Positions 18,628 through 28,671 of a DNA stretch of 51,228 bases are shown piece by piece (within the stretch, counting starts at the first letter, position 1; each line of letters opens with the position of its first letter). Source of the stretch: an uncultured Clostridia bacterium (GTDB lineage Bacteria > Aerophobota > Aerophobia > Aerophobales > B3-G15); assembly GCA_964482715.1 (NCBI GenBank), contig CAYZYX010000008.1, forward strand, positions 1-51,228, read 5' to 3'. Both the position numbers and the translations under genes were made by a program. The notes beneath the pieces were generated by a model. It ran no database searches, was not told the DNA's origin, and saw only the letters and a list, made by a program, of their open reading frames with translations.

Positions 18628-18696
18628 AAAAGAAGGGGGTGATTGATCGGCAGGCAAAATTTTTTTACAAAAGACTAAAGGGAGGAGAAATAGGCT

Positions 18697-19661
18697 ATGA
18701 CTAAAATCAAAAAAGTGGTGCTGATGGCAATGGTGTTGTTAATAGGAGTTTTTGCCCTGGGATGTTCCACAGCGGTTTCGCTGAAGAAAAAGAAATAACC
18801 ATAGGTTTCTCTGTTCCCAGTCTTTACTTTACCTGGTTTGTCTTCACCAAGGAAGTGGCCCTGGATGAGGCTAAAAAACTGGGAGTAAAGGTTGTTGTCT
18901 ACGATGGAATGAACAAGGTCTCCAAGCAGATTTCTGACATTGAGGATATGATTGTTAAAGGGCTGGATGGAGTGCTTATCTCACCTATTAACATTAAAGC
19001 ATTAGTTCCAGGATTAGAAAAACTCGACGAAGCTGGAATTCCCTGTGCTACCTTTGACCGTAAAGTTGTGGGTGCTCCTTTCCTGGTTCATGTGGGCGCA
19101 GATAACGTAGAGGGTGGAAGAATCGCCGCAGTTTATACTGCTGCAAAACTGGATGGAAAGGGGAAGATAATTGAGCTTCAAGGAACTCCAGGTTCCTCGC
19201 CAGCTATTGATCGGGGAAGCGGGTTCCACCAGGTCGTTGAAGATTTCCCTCAATTGAAGATTGTCTTCAGTCAGACCGGTCAATTTGACCGTGAAACCGG
19301 AATGAGAGTTATGGAGGACGCTATTACTGCTCATCCAGATTTTGATGCAGTATGGGCCCACAATGATGATATGATAATGGGGGCACTTGAAGCTATTGAA
19401 TCAGCGGGTTATGATCTCGGAAAATTAACCCTTGTATCCTTTGATGCTATTCCCGATGCACTTGAAGCAATCCAGGAGGGTAGACTTGATGCCACCATAG
19501 AACAGCATCCTGGAGAGCAAGTTCGTGAGGCAATGAGATACCTGGTAAATTACATAAGGACTGGAGCAAAACCACCAAAACATGAGATTTACATTGTCCC
19601 CACACTTATCACCAGAGCGAATTTAGAAATGGCAGAGAAATATGGTGAAATCAAGAAGTAA
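18697..19661 (+). pseudogene. RbsB-like sugar-binding protein with signal peptide out of frame (1-nt deletion)
   Basis: RBS GGAGGAG, then ATG 18697 encodes MTKIKKVVLMAMVLLIGVFALG.. in a different frame from the mature domain (18762-19661: VGADN..GG, AHNDDMIMGA, ATIEQHP). Confidence 0.75.
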
Positions 19662-19696
19662 TAGACTTACCAAAAAATAAAAAAATACAGGTGTTG

Positions 19697-19728
19697 GCGG
19701 AGAAGGATATGCATATATCCTTCTCCGC
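19697..19728 (+). terminator. 14-bp stem-loop after the binding-protein gene (stabiliser/terminator)
   Basis: GCGGAGAAGGATAT-gcat-ATATCCTTCTCCGC followed by AATTTTT. Confidence 0.7.
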
Positions 19729-19748
19729 AATTTTTAAAACCCAAAAAA

Positions 19749-20734
19749 GTGAGAATAAAAGCTTTAAAAATAGGAAAAAAAGCAGGCAGACCTGTTCTTT
19801 TTAAGGGCGATCTTTTTAATAAAATCTTAAAAGAATACGGCATTTTTCTCGCTTTTATCCTTACCTGTATTGTGATGACCATTCTTACCCCTGTTTTTAT
19901 AACTCCCCGTAATATATTTAATATTATCCGTCAGGTCTCAATGATAGGAATAATTGCTGTGGGAATGACCTTTGTAATTTTGAGTGCAGAAATAGATCTT
20001 TCTGTAGGCTCAATGGTAGCTTTTGTTGGAGTAGTAGCAGCCGGCCTACAGGTTTATAATGGTTGCGGAACATTCATTGCTGTGTTTGTTCCCCTCATCC
20101 TGGCCATGTTATTGGGAATTGCTATGGGTGTGGTAATTACCAAAAGGGGGTACACTCTTTTGTGGTGACTCTCGGTATGCTATCTATAGCCCGGGGATTA
20201 GCTCTGATATATTCAGGTGGATATCCAATAAGTGGTTTAAATCCTTCTTTCAGGTTTATCGGAGGAGGAATGATCGGTCCTGTTCCGGTTCCCGTTATAA
20301 TATATCTTGGAGTTGTTTTGGTGGGTTATTTTGTGCTTTCGCAAACCACATTTGGCAAGTACGTTTACGCTATAGGAGGAAATCGAGAGGCAGCTCGCCT
20401 CTCTGGAATTCCAGTAAATATTTATCGAACCATAGTTTTTGGCATTTGTAGTTTTACTGCCGGAATTGCCGGGATAATTCTGGCCTCGCGCGTTAATTCC
20501 GGACAGCCTACAGCTGGAATTGGCTGGGAACTTGACGTTATTGCCGCAGTAATTATCGGTGGAACAAGTCTGTTTGGAGGAAGAGGCGGAATAATAGGAA
20601 CTGTTATCGGTTCTTTGTTTCTGGGAGTTATTAGAAACGGTCTTAATTTGCTAAATGTTTCTCCTTTTTATCAACAGGTCTTTATAGGTCTTCTTATCAT
20701 AGTTGCTGTAATTCTTGACAAGTTCAGAAGATAA
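19749..20734 (+). pseudogene. RbsC-like sugar ABC permease, frameshifted at AAAAGGGGG (20142-20150)
   Basis: N-half (GMTFVI..IDLSVGS) and C-half (SFVVTLG, FGKYVYAIGGN, ELDVIAAVIIGGTSLFGGRG) are in different frames. Confidence 0.82.
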
Positions 20735-20787
20735 GCCGTTCTCGAAACTCTGGTAAAAAATAGAGGAAAAAGAAAAGGTAGTTTTAC

Positions 20788-22314
20788 TTGCAAGTTAGAG
20801 CACCTATTCTGATAGTTACTCTCCTCTTTGTAGCTGGAATACTAACTGGAAAGTACCTTATCAACTCCCCGTCGTTTCTTCTTTTTTTATATCTTCTGGA
20901 AATTTTTCTTTTAGTCACTTCTCTAATTTTTTATTTTTCAGGAAAAATAAAACTTACCAGTCTACTGCTATTAGTAGCCATTTTTCTCTGCGGAACTCTA
21001 CATTTCTGCTTATGTTACTTTCCCTCACCATCTGACATTGTGAAATATGCGCCTTCTGAAGACCCCCTGAGAATAACAGGTAAAGTTATAAGTTCTCCTC
21101 GCTTGAGAGAGGGCAATAAAAGAAGAATAACCTTCATTATGCAAGTCCTCCGGGTAGAAGGAAAAAAGGTAAATGGAAAAGTTTGGGTAACAAGCTTTTA
21201 TCCTCATGCAGACTATGAGTTTGGTGATATAGTTAAAATAGAAGGGAAACTTCGTCTACCCCGCAATGTTCAAAAAGAAAATGATTTTAACTGGCAGAGG
21301 TATCTTTCCTACCAGGGGATATGGACAGAAATCACCACGGGAAGAGTAGAAATTCTGGAAAGAGGAAAAGTTAATCTCTTGTTTAAGCTTGCCTTCTCCA
21401 GCAAGAGATGGATTATAAGGAAAACAAATAAAATTTTACCTCGTCTTCATTCTTCAATTTTAAGAGCAATTCTTCTGGGTGACAGACAGGAGCTTTCTCC
21501 TGAAATACTGAGTAAATTTCGTACTACTGGCACTGCCCATGTTCTTGTAGTCTCTGGACTCCACGTAGGACTTGTTCTTGGCATATTTCTTGTTTTTTTC
21601 CGCATATTGGGGTGTTCTTTAAAATTAGGCTTTGCTTTAGCTCTTCCTGTAATTATCTTTTACTCTTTTATTACAGGATTGCGAACTCCTATTCTGAGAG
21701 CCACCTTAATGGCCGGTATCGGAATAATAGCTCTTCTCCTGGACAGAAAAGTGAACCCTATCGTTATCCTTTCTCTGTCCTGCTTTATAGTCCTGATTCT
21801 TAATCCTCTTAGTATCTTTACCGTGAGCTTTCAACTTTCTTTTCTGGCTGTGGGAGGAATCATCTACCTTACACCGTTCCTTGAGGAAAAATTAAGTTTT
21901 CTATCTTTCTCCTGGTTAAAAAAATCTCTATCTGTCTCCTTAGCTGCCCAACTTTCACTTCTTCCTCTGCTGGCTTTTTATTTTGGTCAGTTACCTCTGG
22001 TTGGTATAATAGCCAACCTTGTAGTGGTTCCTTTGATTACTCTTGTAATTGCCCTGGGTATGCTCTCTCTGGCTCTGGCAAGTTTCACTCTTGAAGGAGC
22101 CAGAATAATCAGTAATACAAATTGGCTGGCCATTCAAGGACTTTTAGAAGTGGTTAATTTCCTTTCCTTTTCATGGAACCCCGGGGTTGCTTTCTGGCTA
22201 TCTCCTGAAGTAAAACCTTTTCCGGTATGGATACTTCACTTTTATTATTCTTTACTATTTTTGCTTCCCTGGAAGAAACATTTCTCTCCCGGGAGGATTT
22301 TAAATTCAGACTAA
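20788..22314 (+). CDS. comEC: ComEC/Rec2 competence protein (OB + competence domain, no C-terminal MBL domain)
   Basis: GTAHVLVVSGLHVG, LRATLM, SFQLSFLAV. Confidence 0.9.
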   Translation: MQVRAPILIVTLLFVAGILTGKYLINSPSFLLFLYLLEIFLLVTSLIFYFSGKIKLTSLLLLVAIFLCGTLHFCLCYFPSPSDIVKYAPSEDPLRITGKVISSPRLREGNKRRITFIMQVLRVEGKKVNGKVWVTSFYPHADYEFGDIVKIEGKLRLPRNVQKENDFNWQRYLSYQGIWTEITTGRVEILERGKVNLLFKLAFSSKRWIIRKTNKILPRLHSSILRAILLGDRQELSPEILSKFRTTGTAHVLVVSGLHVGLVLGIFLVFFRILGCSLKLGFALALPVIIFYSFITGLRTPILRATLMAGIGIIALLLDRKVNPIVILSLSCFIVLILNPLSIFTVSFQLSFLAVGGIIYLTPFLEEKLSFLSFSWLKKSLSVSLAAQLSLLPLLAFYFGQLPLVGIIANLVVVPLITLVIALGMLSLALASFTLEGARIISNTNWLAIQGLLEVVNFLSFSWNPGVAFWLSPEVKPFPVWILHFYYSLLFLLPWKKHFSPGRILNSD

Positions 22315-22682
22315 TTTAAAGAAATTCTCTTTTCTGACCTAACTGCACACAAAATATTCTGAATTTCTATCTTTTCTCTTGGATCAGAGGTCTTTTTTAT
22401 GCCTTTACGGATACTCTCTACCACCTTCTCACTTGCTTCATTCCACAGGTTGTCTCTTTCTTGATTATCCTTAAAATGCATTTGAATGTGAAGAACATTT
22501 TCGTCAAAACCATCTTTAGTTTTTCTAACGTAAGCAAAAAGACGGTAAGCATTTTTTCTTTGCTCAAGAATCTGATATATACCTTTCAGTGAGTCGTATA
22601 TAACTTCCGCGAATATAGGGTATTTTTTCATTTTTGATTTCATCTCTTCCCAGATAAATTTTTCCATAATTTTTTTCTCCAT
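22311..22682 (-). CDS. hypothetical protein
   Basis: 123-aa ORF immediately downstream of gldA. Confidence 0.6.
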   Translation of the reverse strand: MEKKIMEKFIWEEMKSKMKKYPIFAEVIYDSLKGIYQILEQRKNAYRLFAYVRKTKDGFDENVLHIQMHFKDNQERDNLWNEASEKVVESIRKGIKKTSDPREKIEIQNILCAVRSEKRISLN

Positions 22683-22696
22683 TTAATAATAAAATA

Positions 22697-23833
22697 CTAT
22701 TTTTTTATGTAGCTGGCCTTTCTTCTTTTTCCTTCAGCATCTGCAGCCTTAATAGCTGCCACAACCTTTTGAGGATTAACGGGAATCGATTCATTATAAA
22801 TGGTCTCACCTTCAGCACATGCACCCTCTGCTACCTTTAATAGCTTTCTCTCTGAAATATCAGAAATTCCTATCTCGTCCAACGTGGTTGGCAACCCCAC
22901 AGATTCACAGAAAGAAAACACCTCATCTATTATTTTATGAGGTTTATCAGTGAGAAAAAGTGAGGTTAGCGTACCAATAGCAACCTTTTCACCGTGATAA
23001 TAACTGTGAGTTTCCTCTAACAGAGTTAAACCATTGTGGATAGCATGGGCAGCAGCTAATCCTCCACTCTCAAAGCCAATTCCACTCAAGAGAATATTAG
23101 CCTCGATAATATGTTCCAGGGCAGGAGTTACTACATGAGCTTCACAGGAGATCTTGGCGTAAATCCCGTATTCAAGAAGAATGTCATAACAGAGTCTGGC
23201 CAGTGAGAAAGCGGTCATGGAACCCAGCCCTCCAGCAAGGTTTTGGGCATACTTGTTTTTACACGACTCAGCCTCAAACCAGGTAGCCAGAGCATCTCCC
23301 ATACCGGCAATCAAAAATCTAACCGGTGCATTAGCAATTACCCTGGTATCTACCATTACCAAATCAGGATTTTTCCGCAATTTTAAATATCTTTTAAATT
23401 TCCCTTCGGGTGTATATATAACTGAAAGCGAGCTACAGGGAGCATCAGTTGAAGCTATTGTCGGGACAACACAGGCTGAAACTCCAAGCTCATGAGCAAT
23501 GGCCTTAGCTGTATCCAGTGTTTTCCCACCTCCTAATCCTGCTACAAATTCTACTTGGTATTTTTTACCAATCTCTGACAGTCTTTCTATCTCCTCATCA
23601 GAACATTCACCCACAAATCTTTCTACTTTAACCTCTATTTTTTCCTCTATTTCGTGACGGATATCAGGAAAAATTTTTTCAAAAACAAATGGATCACACA
23701 CAAAAAGTCCTCTTTTTCCAAATCGAGAAAGTTCTTCAGCTAAATCACTTAATGCATCACATCCCTGGACATACCGTCCGGGAAAAATTGTTGCGTGAAG
23801 CATTTTTATCTCCTGGAAATAAGATTTGACCAC
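22697..23833 (-). CDS. gldA: glycerol dehydrogenase (start may be Met at 23803)
   Basis: FPGRYVQG, GLGGGKTLDTAKA, PTIASTDAPCSSLSVIY, GMGDALATWFEA, AAHAIHNGL, HGEKVA. Confidence 0.93.
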   Translation of the reverse strand: MVKSYFQEIKMLHATIFPGRYVQGCDALSDLAEELSRFGKRGLFVCDPFVFEKIFPDIRHEIEEKIEVKVERFVGECSDEEIERLSEIGKKYQVEFVAGLGGGKTLDTAKAIAHELGVSACVVPTIASTDAPCSSLSVIYTPEGKFKRYLKLRKNPDLVMVDTRVIANAPVRFLIAGMGDALATWFEAESCKNKYAQNLAGGLGSMTAFSLARLCYDILLEYGIYAKISCEAHVVTPALEHIIEANILLSGIGFESGGLAAAHAIHNGLTLLEETHSYYHGEKVAIGTLTSLFLTDKPHKIIDEVFSFCESVGLPTTLDEIGISDISERKLLKVAEGACAEGETIYNESIPVNPQKVVAAIKAADAEGKRRKASYIKK

Positions 23834-23853
23834 ATATTTCCTGGGATTCCCTT

Positions 23854-24762
23854 TTATTCTCTGGAAAGGTCTTCTTTTATACGTTCAAATTCTTCTCTGG
23901 TAATTTCTCCCCGGGCATAACGTTTTTTCAGTATATCAAGAGGTGATTCCGATGAGAAACTAAAACCAGGTTCTTTGGTTATCTCTTCCAGCTGGGACTC
24001 CCAGAAATCATGATTGTCAAAATGAACATTGGGATCCCGAAATAAAACATAATTCCACCATATGGTCCATATAAGGTTAATTCCGGGAACGATCATCAGT
24101 AAAACATAAAGGAGCATGCTCCGGGGAGGAAGGGGCTCTGGGGGTTGAAAGTTAAAAGAAATTCCTTTTTCCTTGAGTCGCTCGGATAACTGACGAAAAA
24201 ACTGAATATCACCCTGTTCGTGCACATAATAATCAAAAGTGAGCCAGTACCAAGTCACAAGGGTAAGTACAAAACCCACCAACCCCAGAAGGTAGCTAAA
24301 AACCACCCAGAGGACAAAAAATCCTGTACCTCGAGGTTGTTCTCTTAAACTAAGCTGAATATCATGACCTGTCCAATCAGAAAGCTCAACTCCGTATTTT
24401 TCTTTTATCCAGAGAGAAAGACTCTGTCTCAATCTTTTAACTCGCTCGATATGTTGATTTCTTCGCTTATAAAGCTGCCACTGATACCACCAGAAAACAA
24501 CAGAGATCCCCAGTGCAATAAGGATAAGAGCAACAATCCATCCGGTAAAGAAAAAAAGGTAGGGAGGGAAAAACCTGTAATTGAAGTAATAATAATTGGC
24601 TCCGTAAGGCATGTGATGGAACCAGCGCATTCCCAGTAAGACAGATCCAGTAACCAGGACACCGAGGAAAACAAGCATAACAGCTAAATAAACTCCGAAG
24701 GAAAGGCGACGGTCAGTTATTTTTCTTTCTCTTAATTCAGGAATCTTCATTTTAAAAACCAC
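23854..24762 (-). CDS. membrane protein with C-terminal SHOCT domain
   Basis: Several hydrophobic helices; terminal PLDILKKRYARGEITREEFERIKEDL. Confidence 0.8.
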   Translation of the reverse strand: MVFKMKIPELRERKITDRRLSFGVYLAVMLVFLGVLVTGSVLLGMRWFHHMPYGANYYYFNYRFFPPYLFFFTGWIVALILIALGISVVFWWYQWQLYKRRNQHIERVKRLRQSLSLWIKEKYGVELSDWTGHDIQLSLREQPRGTGFFVLWVVFSYLLGLVGFVLTLVTWYWLTFDYYVHEQGDIQFFRQLSERLKEKGISFNFQPPEPLPPRSMLLYVLLMIVPGINLIWTIWWNYVLFRDPNVHFDNHDFWESQLEEITKEPGFSFSSESPLDILKKRYARGEITREEFERIKEDLSRE

Positions 24763-24788
24763 CCCTCCCGAAAATTCTTAGCACCCCC

Positions 24789-24816
24789 ATTTTAAATAAA
24801 AACAACAATTTTGCAA
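24789..24816 (-). promoter_or_regulatory. putative promoter of SHOCT-gldA operon
   Basis: TTGCAA-16-TAAAAT on minus strand. Confidence 0.5.
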
Positions 24817-24868
24817 GTAAATGTGGCTCTGAAATACAAAATTTTTATCTTACTCTTCAGTTAAAAAA

Positions 24869-26107
24869 TTATTCGCTTTTCTTTGCTTTTTCGTATTCCT
24901 TGATAGCTTCTTCATACATATTTTTCTTCATATAAATATCACCCAGAAGAGAGTGTGCGCGGGTGTTGTCAGGATTAGCTTTTAAAAGCTTCTTTAGGGC
25001 TGACTCTGCCTCATCTAACCTCCCTTCTTTAACATAAAGATTTGCCAAGTTAAACAAAGCATCCAAGTTAGCAGGATTAACATCTATTTCTTTTTTGTAA
25101 AAGTAAATAGCCTTTTCTATATCACCCTTCTCATAATAGAGATTGCCCAGCCGATAATAGACATCTTCAAATTTTTGCTCCCTTTCCAGAATAAGCTGAT
25201 ATTGACTTATAGCCTCGTCTATTCTTTTTAACTGGGCATATGCAAAGCCAAGATAATAGTGACCAGCAGGAGCTTCTGGATTAATCCGGACAGCTTTTTC
25301 TAAAAAGGAACAGGCCGAAATGTAGTCCTTTTGCTTCAGGTAAAGATAGCCAAGTTCTACCAAGACCTGGAAGTTTTGAGGATCAATCTCCAGAGCCTCA
25401 AAGAACATTTTTTCTGCTTGCTGAAATTTTTCCTTTTTTTCGTATATCTTGCCAAGATAAAGGTAAGAGACGCAGTCCCGGGGATTTTTCTCAACTGCCT
25501 TTTTTAAATATATAACGGCTTTTTCCATCTCACCTAAATGATAGCAAATTTGACCCAATTCAGAGTCTATCCCTGTAAAATCTGGATCAATCTGTTTAAC
25601 CTTTTCCAGTAAAGTGCGGGCCTTGGCCAGATCCTTCTTAATTTCAAATATCTTGGCCATGTTATAAAGGGAGGGAGCATGGGAGGGATTCTGGTTTAAC
25701 TCCTTTTGGTATTCTTCTAAAGCTTGCTGGTAAAGCTCCTGATAAAAATAGAGATTACCCAGTTGAAAATAAATTCCTGGATAGGTAGGGTTTATCTCTA
25801 TGCATTTTTTTATCTCCTTGGTAGCTGAAGAAAAGTCCTGCAAGGCAAAGTAAACAAGTGAAAGATTGTAATGTGCTTCAAAACTTTCTGGATTTAACTG
25901 AATTGCCTCTTTAAACTCCTTCTCGGCTTTTTCATACTGGCCTCGATGGTAGTAAGCTACACCCAGATTAAGATGAAGTGTGAATTTTTCTTGCGAAAAA
26001 GCGGGCAATGAGAAAAAAACAAGGATGATTGATGTTAAAATTAAAATCACCAATCTTGCATTTAAACAAGGGAAACTCTCAAATTTAGAATTTCTCTTCA
26101 AGTTCAT
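24869..26107 (-). CDS. exported tetratricopeptide repeat protein
   Basis: Hydrophobic N-terminal segment followed by about ten 34-aa TPR units (LG..Y..A...F..A...NP). Confidence 0.9.
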   Translation of the reverse strand: MNLKRNSKFESFPCLNARLVILILTSIILVFFSLPAFSQEKFTLHLNLGVAYYHRGQYEKAEKEFKEAIQLNPESFEAHYNLSLVYFALQDFSSATKEIKKCIEINPTYPGIYFQLGNLYFYQELYQQALEEYQKELNQNPSHAPSLYNMAKIFEIKKDLAKARTLLEKVKQIDPDFTGIDSELGQICYHLGEMEKAVIYLKKAVEKNPRDCVSYLYLGKIYEKKEKFQQAEKMFFEALEIDPQNFQVLVELGYLYLKQKDYISACSFLEKAVRINPEAPAGHYYLGFAYAQLKRIDEAISQYQLILEREQKFEDVYYRLGNLYYEKGDIEKAIYFYKKEIDVNPANLDALFNLANLYVKEGRLDEAESALKKLLKANPDNTRAHSLLGDIYMKKNMYEEAIKEYEKAKKSE

Positions 26108-27632
26108 ATACGACCTCCACTATAAAAGTAATTTTGTTTTTTCTGGTTTCTTTTGGAATAGGAGGAAAGGGAGAAAGCTCTAAAATTAAACTTTTTGCTG
26201 CTTTGTTTAACCTGGAATACGAACATGGAGTTACGATTTTTAAGTCTTCAACTTCTCCACTTTCACGGATGGTGAAGCTTACCTTCACTTTTCCCTCTTC
26301 TCCTTTTCTTCTTGACTCAAGTGGATACCTTTTGTTTTTTTGTATAATTTGCATAATTTTTTTAAAATAGGTTTCCAGATACAAAGATTCGGGAACAATA
26401 GGAGACTTTTTTTCTTTCATCAGATTGGCTTTGGAAAAATCGGGAGAGAGAACAGGAGAGATAAGCACCTTTTCATCTCCTCTCTTTTCAAGATTTAAAT
26501 TCAAAGGGGAAGAGAGAAAGGGGGAAATCCTCCTATCCTCTTCCCCTGGAGAGAGTAGATGGGGGGAAAGAAGGCCTTCTCTCTCTGAAACACAGTTATC
26601 CCTAAATAAAATAAAAGGTAAAACAGATCGGGTTGCGGGTAAAAAGATTCTTTCCCTGTTCAGGGTTAGATTTGCTGGAGGGCGATTTTGGTTAACGTAA
26701 CTTTTTAGACCCGTAGATAAGCTTAAAATACCAGGAGATGTTGAGTGAAAAAGTATATTCTCTTTTTTGTTCTCATTCAGTCTTAATTTTGAAACTTCTC
26801 GTAAAAAGGGTAAATAATCAAATTTTTGCCCCTTACTTTCCAGTATCTTTATCTTTAATGGTCCCGGCTTACCTTCAATATTTTTCTTGAGAGTAATTTT
26901 TGATAGATTCCGAATTTTCCTTTCCGAGATTTCTAAAACCTGATAGCTGGGTTTGTCAAGTACTTTTTCCACTCTCTTTATCGAAACATCTAAATCCATT
27001 CTTCTTTTAAAAACAGGTGTAGACTCCTCCGGGGTGAGAAATAAAATTTTAAGAGTCAGCGGAGTTCTAAGAGATTCCTGAATCAAATATTTACGTTTTT
27101 CGGGCACCTTATATTTTTCTCCGCTTGCGATAAATCTGGAGAAAGAAGGAGGGGATTGAGAGATCTTCACTTTTTTCCTCTCAGACCCAAAAAGAGGCTG
27201 TGAAATAATAGCTATATGTTTTGAAGACATAAACCCGGAAGATACTTCAGAGTCGATTTTTCTGAGCCCAGCTTGTTGATCGGGAAAAGAGAAAAAACTC
27301 ACCTCTTTTAAAGAACTGGATGGCCTATAAATCCCGGGGCTACTCAAAGGCAAATTTTTGGATAAAGGGATGTTTCCTTTTTCTAAAGAAAGAAAAGATA
27401 AAGTGAAAGGGTCGTTCATAATCTTAATATCTGCTAAATTTCTTCCAGATAAATTTATATCAGGTCTTCCGACAAATTTTTTCGTTATACTCATATATAA
27501 AACCGGTTCAATCCGTTCTTTAAATGTATAGGTCAGCTTTATCTCTGGTTCGGTTCTATTGTGAGTAAATTGAAAAGGAATAAGAAAAATAAGTCCATGG
27601 ATAAACAAAGAAAAAACTATCCATTTTCCCAT
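26085..27632 (-). CDS. tonB: TonB-family energy transducer with very long linker
   Basis: N-terminal SLFIHG TM motif; C-terminal YPLESRRKGEEGKVKVSFTI..G.V..LNKAA..PFPPIP; follows exbBD. Confidence 0.8.
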   Translation of the reverse strand: MGKWIVFSLFIHGLIFLIPFQFTHNRTEPEIKLTYTFKERIEPVLYMSITKKFVGRPDINLSGRNLADIKIMNDPFTLSFLSLEKGNIPLSKNLPLSSPGIYRPSSSLKEVSFFSFPDQQAGLRKIDSEVSSGFMSSKHIAIISQPLFGSERKKVKISQSPPSFSRFIASGEKYKVPEKRKYLIQESLRTPLTLKILFLTPEESTPVFKRRMDLDVSIKRVEKVLDKPSYQVLEISERKIRNLSKITLKKNIEGKPGPLKIKILESKGQKFDYLPFLREVSKLRLNENKKENILFHSTSPGILSLSTGLKSYVNQNRPPANLTLNRERIFLPATRSVLPFILFRDNCVSEREGLLSPHLLSPGEEDRRISPFLSSPLNLNLEKRGDEKVLISPVLSPDFSKANLMKEKKSPIVPESLYLETYFKKIMQIIQKNKRYPLESRRKGEEGKVKVSFTIRESGEVEDLKIVTPCSYSRLNKAAKSLILELSPFPPIPKETRKNKITFIVEVVYELEEKF

Positions 27633-28033
27633 AGTGATTCTTCTCCTGAGCTTTTTGTAGCTATACTCACTCCTTCAGCTCCAGCTAATCGGCACACATC
27701 CATAACCTTAACAGGTATTTTAAAGGGAACCTCAGCATCTGCTCTAATAAGGACAGTTTTATCTTTTCTTTCTGTCAGTAAGGATCTTAAAAAGGGCAAA
27801 AGTGCTTCTATTTCTACCTTATTTTCCTCCACAAAAATCTGTCCATTGGATTTGATGTAAATGGCGAGACTCTCTGTTTTTCCGGTTGCTGTCTTTGCCT
27901 CAGGAAGATCCAGTTTCATGGACTGGGAACCGATGGATGTAAGAAGGAAAAATATAAGTAGTAAAAGGACAATGTCTATCAGAGGAGCAATCTCCAGAGT
28001 TAAGGGAATTTTCTTACGGGTAACCACTCTCAT
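27617..28033 (-). CDS. exbD: ExbD/TolR biopolymer transport protein
   Basis: IAPLIDIVLLLLIFFLL, LDLP, LIRADAEVP. Confidence 0.92.
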   Translation of the reverse strand: MRVVTRKKIPLTLEIAPLIDIVLLLLIFFLLTSIGSQSMKLDLPEAKTATGKTESLAIYIKSNGQIFVEENKVEIEALLPFLRSLLTERKDKTVLIRADAEVPFKIPVKVMDVCRLAGAEGVSIATKSSGEESLWENG

Positions 28034-28640
28034 TTCTCACTCCTTTTAACATGCTCTCTGTTTCAAAGGCTACCTCTCTTATTTCAGAGGAAAGATCATC
28101 AATTTTTCCTTCAATATAATGATAGATAACCAGGGAAGGTATAGCTACAGCAAGTCCTGCTGCTGTAGTGATGAGAGCTTCCCATATTCCTCCAGCCAGG
28201 GTTTTAGGATCAACCACTCCACCAAGATTTTCTACAGTCATAAAAGTTTTTATCATTCCCAGAACTGTGCCAAACAGTCCCAGAAGAGGGGAGATATGTC
28301 CAATTATTCCAAGTATTCTTACATTCTTACCCATTTTTCTAATTTCTCGTGAACAATACCAGGACAAAATTTCCTCTCTCACCGTAGAGGGGAGCTTACG
28401 GTTTTCAAGAACAAGAGCACACACTCCTGCCAGAGGACTGTGAGTCCTCCGGCAGAAGTCTATGGCCTGTTCAACACGTTCATTTTCAATCATATTCTTA
28501 ACTTCGGTCAGAAAATCAGAGATATTCAATTTTATTTGAGAAAAAGTGTACAGTCTTTCCAGAATTATCCCCAGGGCAACGATTGAACAGGCCAGAATAG
28601 GCCACATCACCAATCCACCCTTGAGAAAAAACTCTACCAC
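28014..28640 (-). CDS. exbB: ExbB/TolQ/MotA proton channel protein
   Basis: KGGLVMWPI, PLLGLFGTVLGMI, GIWEALITTAAGLAVAIP. Confidence 0.92.
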   Translation of the reverse strand: MVEFFLKGGLVMWPILACSIVALGIILERLYTFSQIKLNISDFLTEVKNMIENERVEQAIDFCRRTHSPLAGVCALVLENRKLPSTVREEILSWYCSREIRKMGKNVRILGIIGHISPLLGLFGTVLGMIKTFMTVENLGGVVDPKTLAGGIWEALITTAAGLAVAIPSLVIYHYIEGKIDDLSSEIREVAFETESMLKGVRNESGYP

Positions 28641-28671
28641 CAGACCCTCCTTTTAAAATTTTGAGGCCCTT

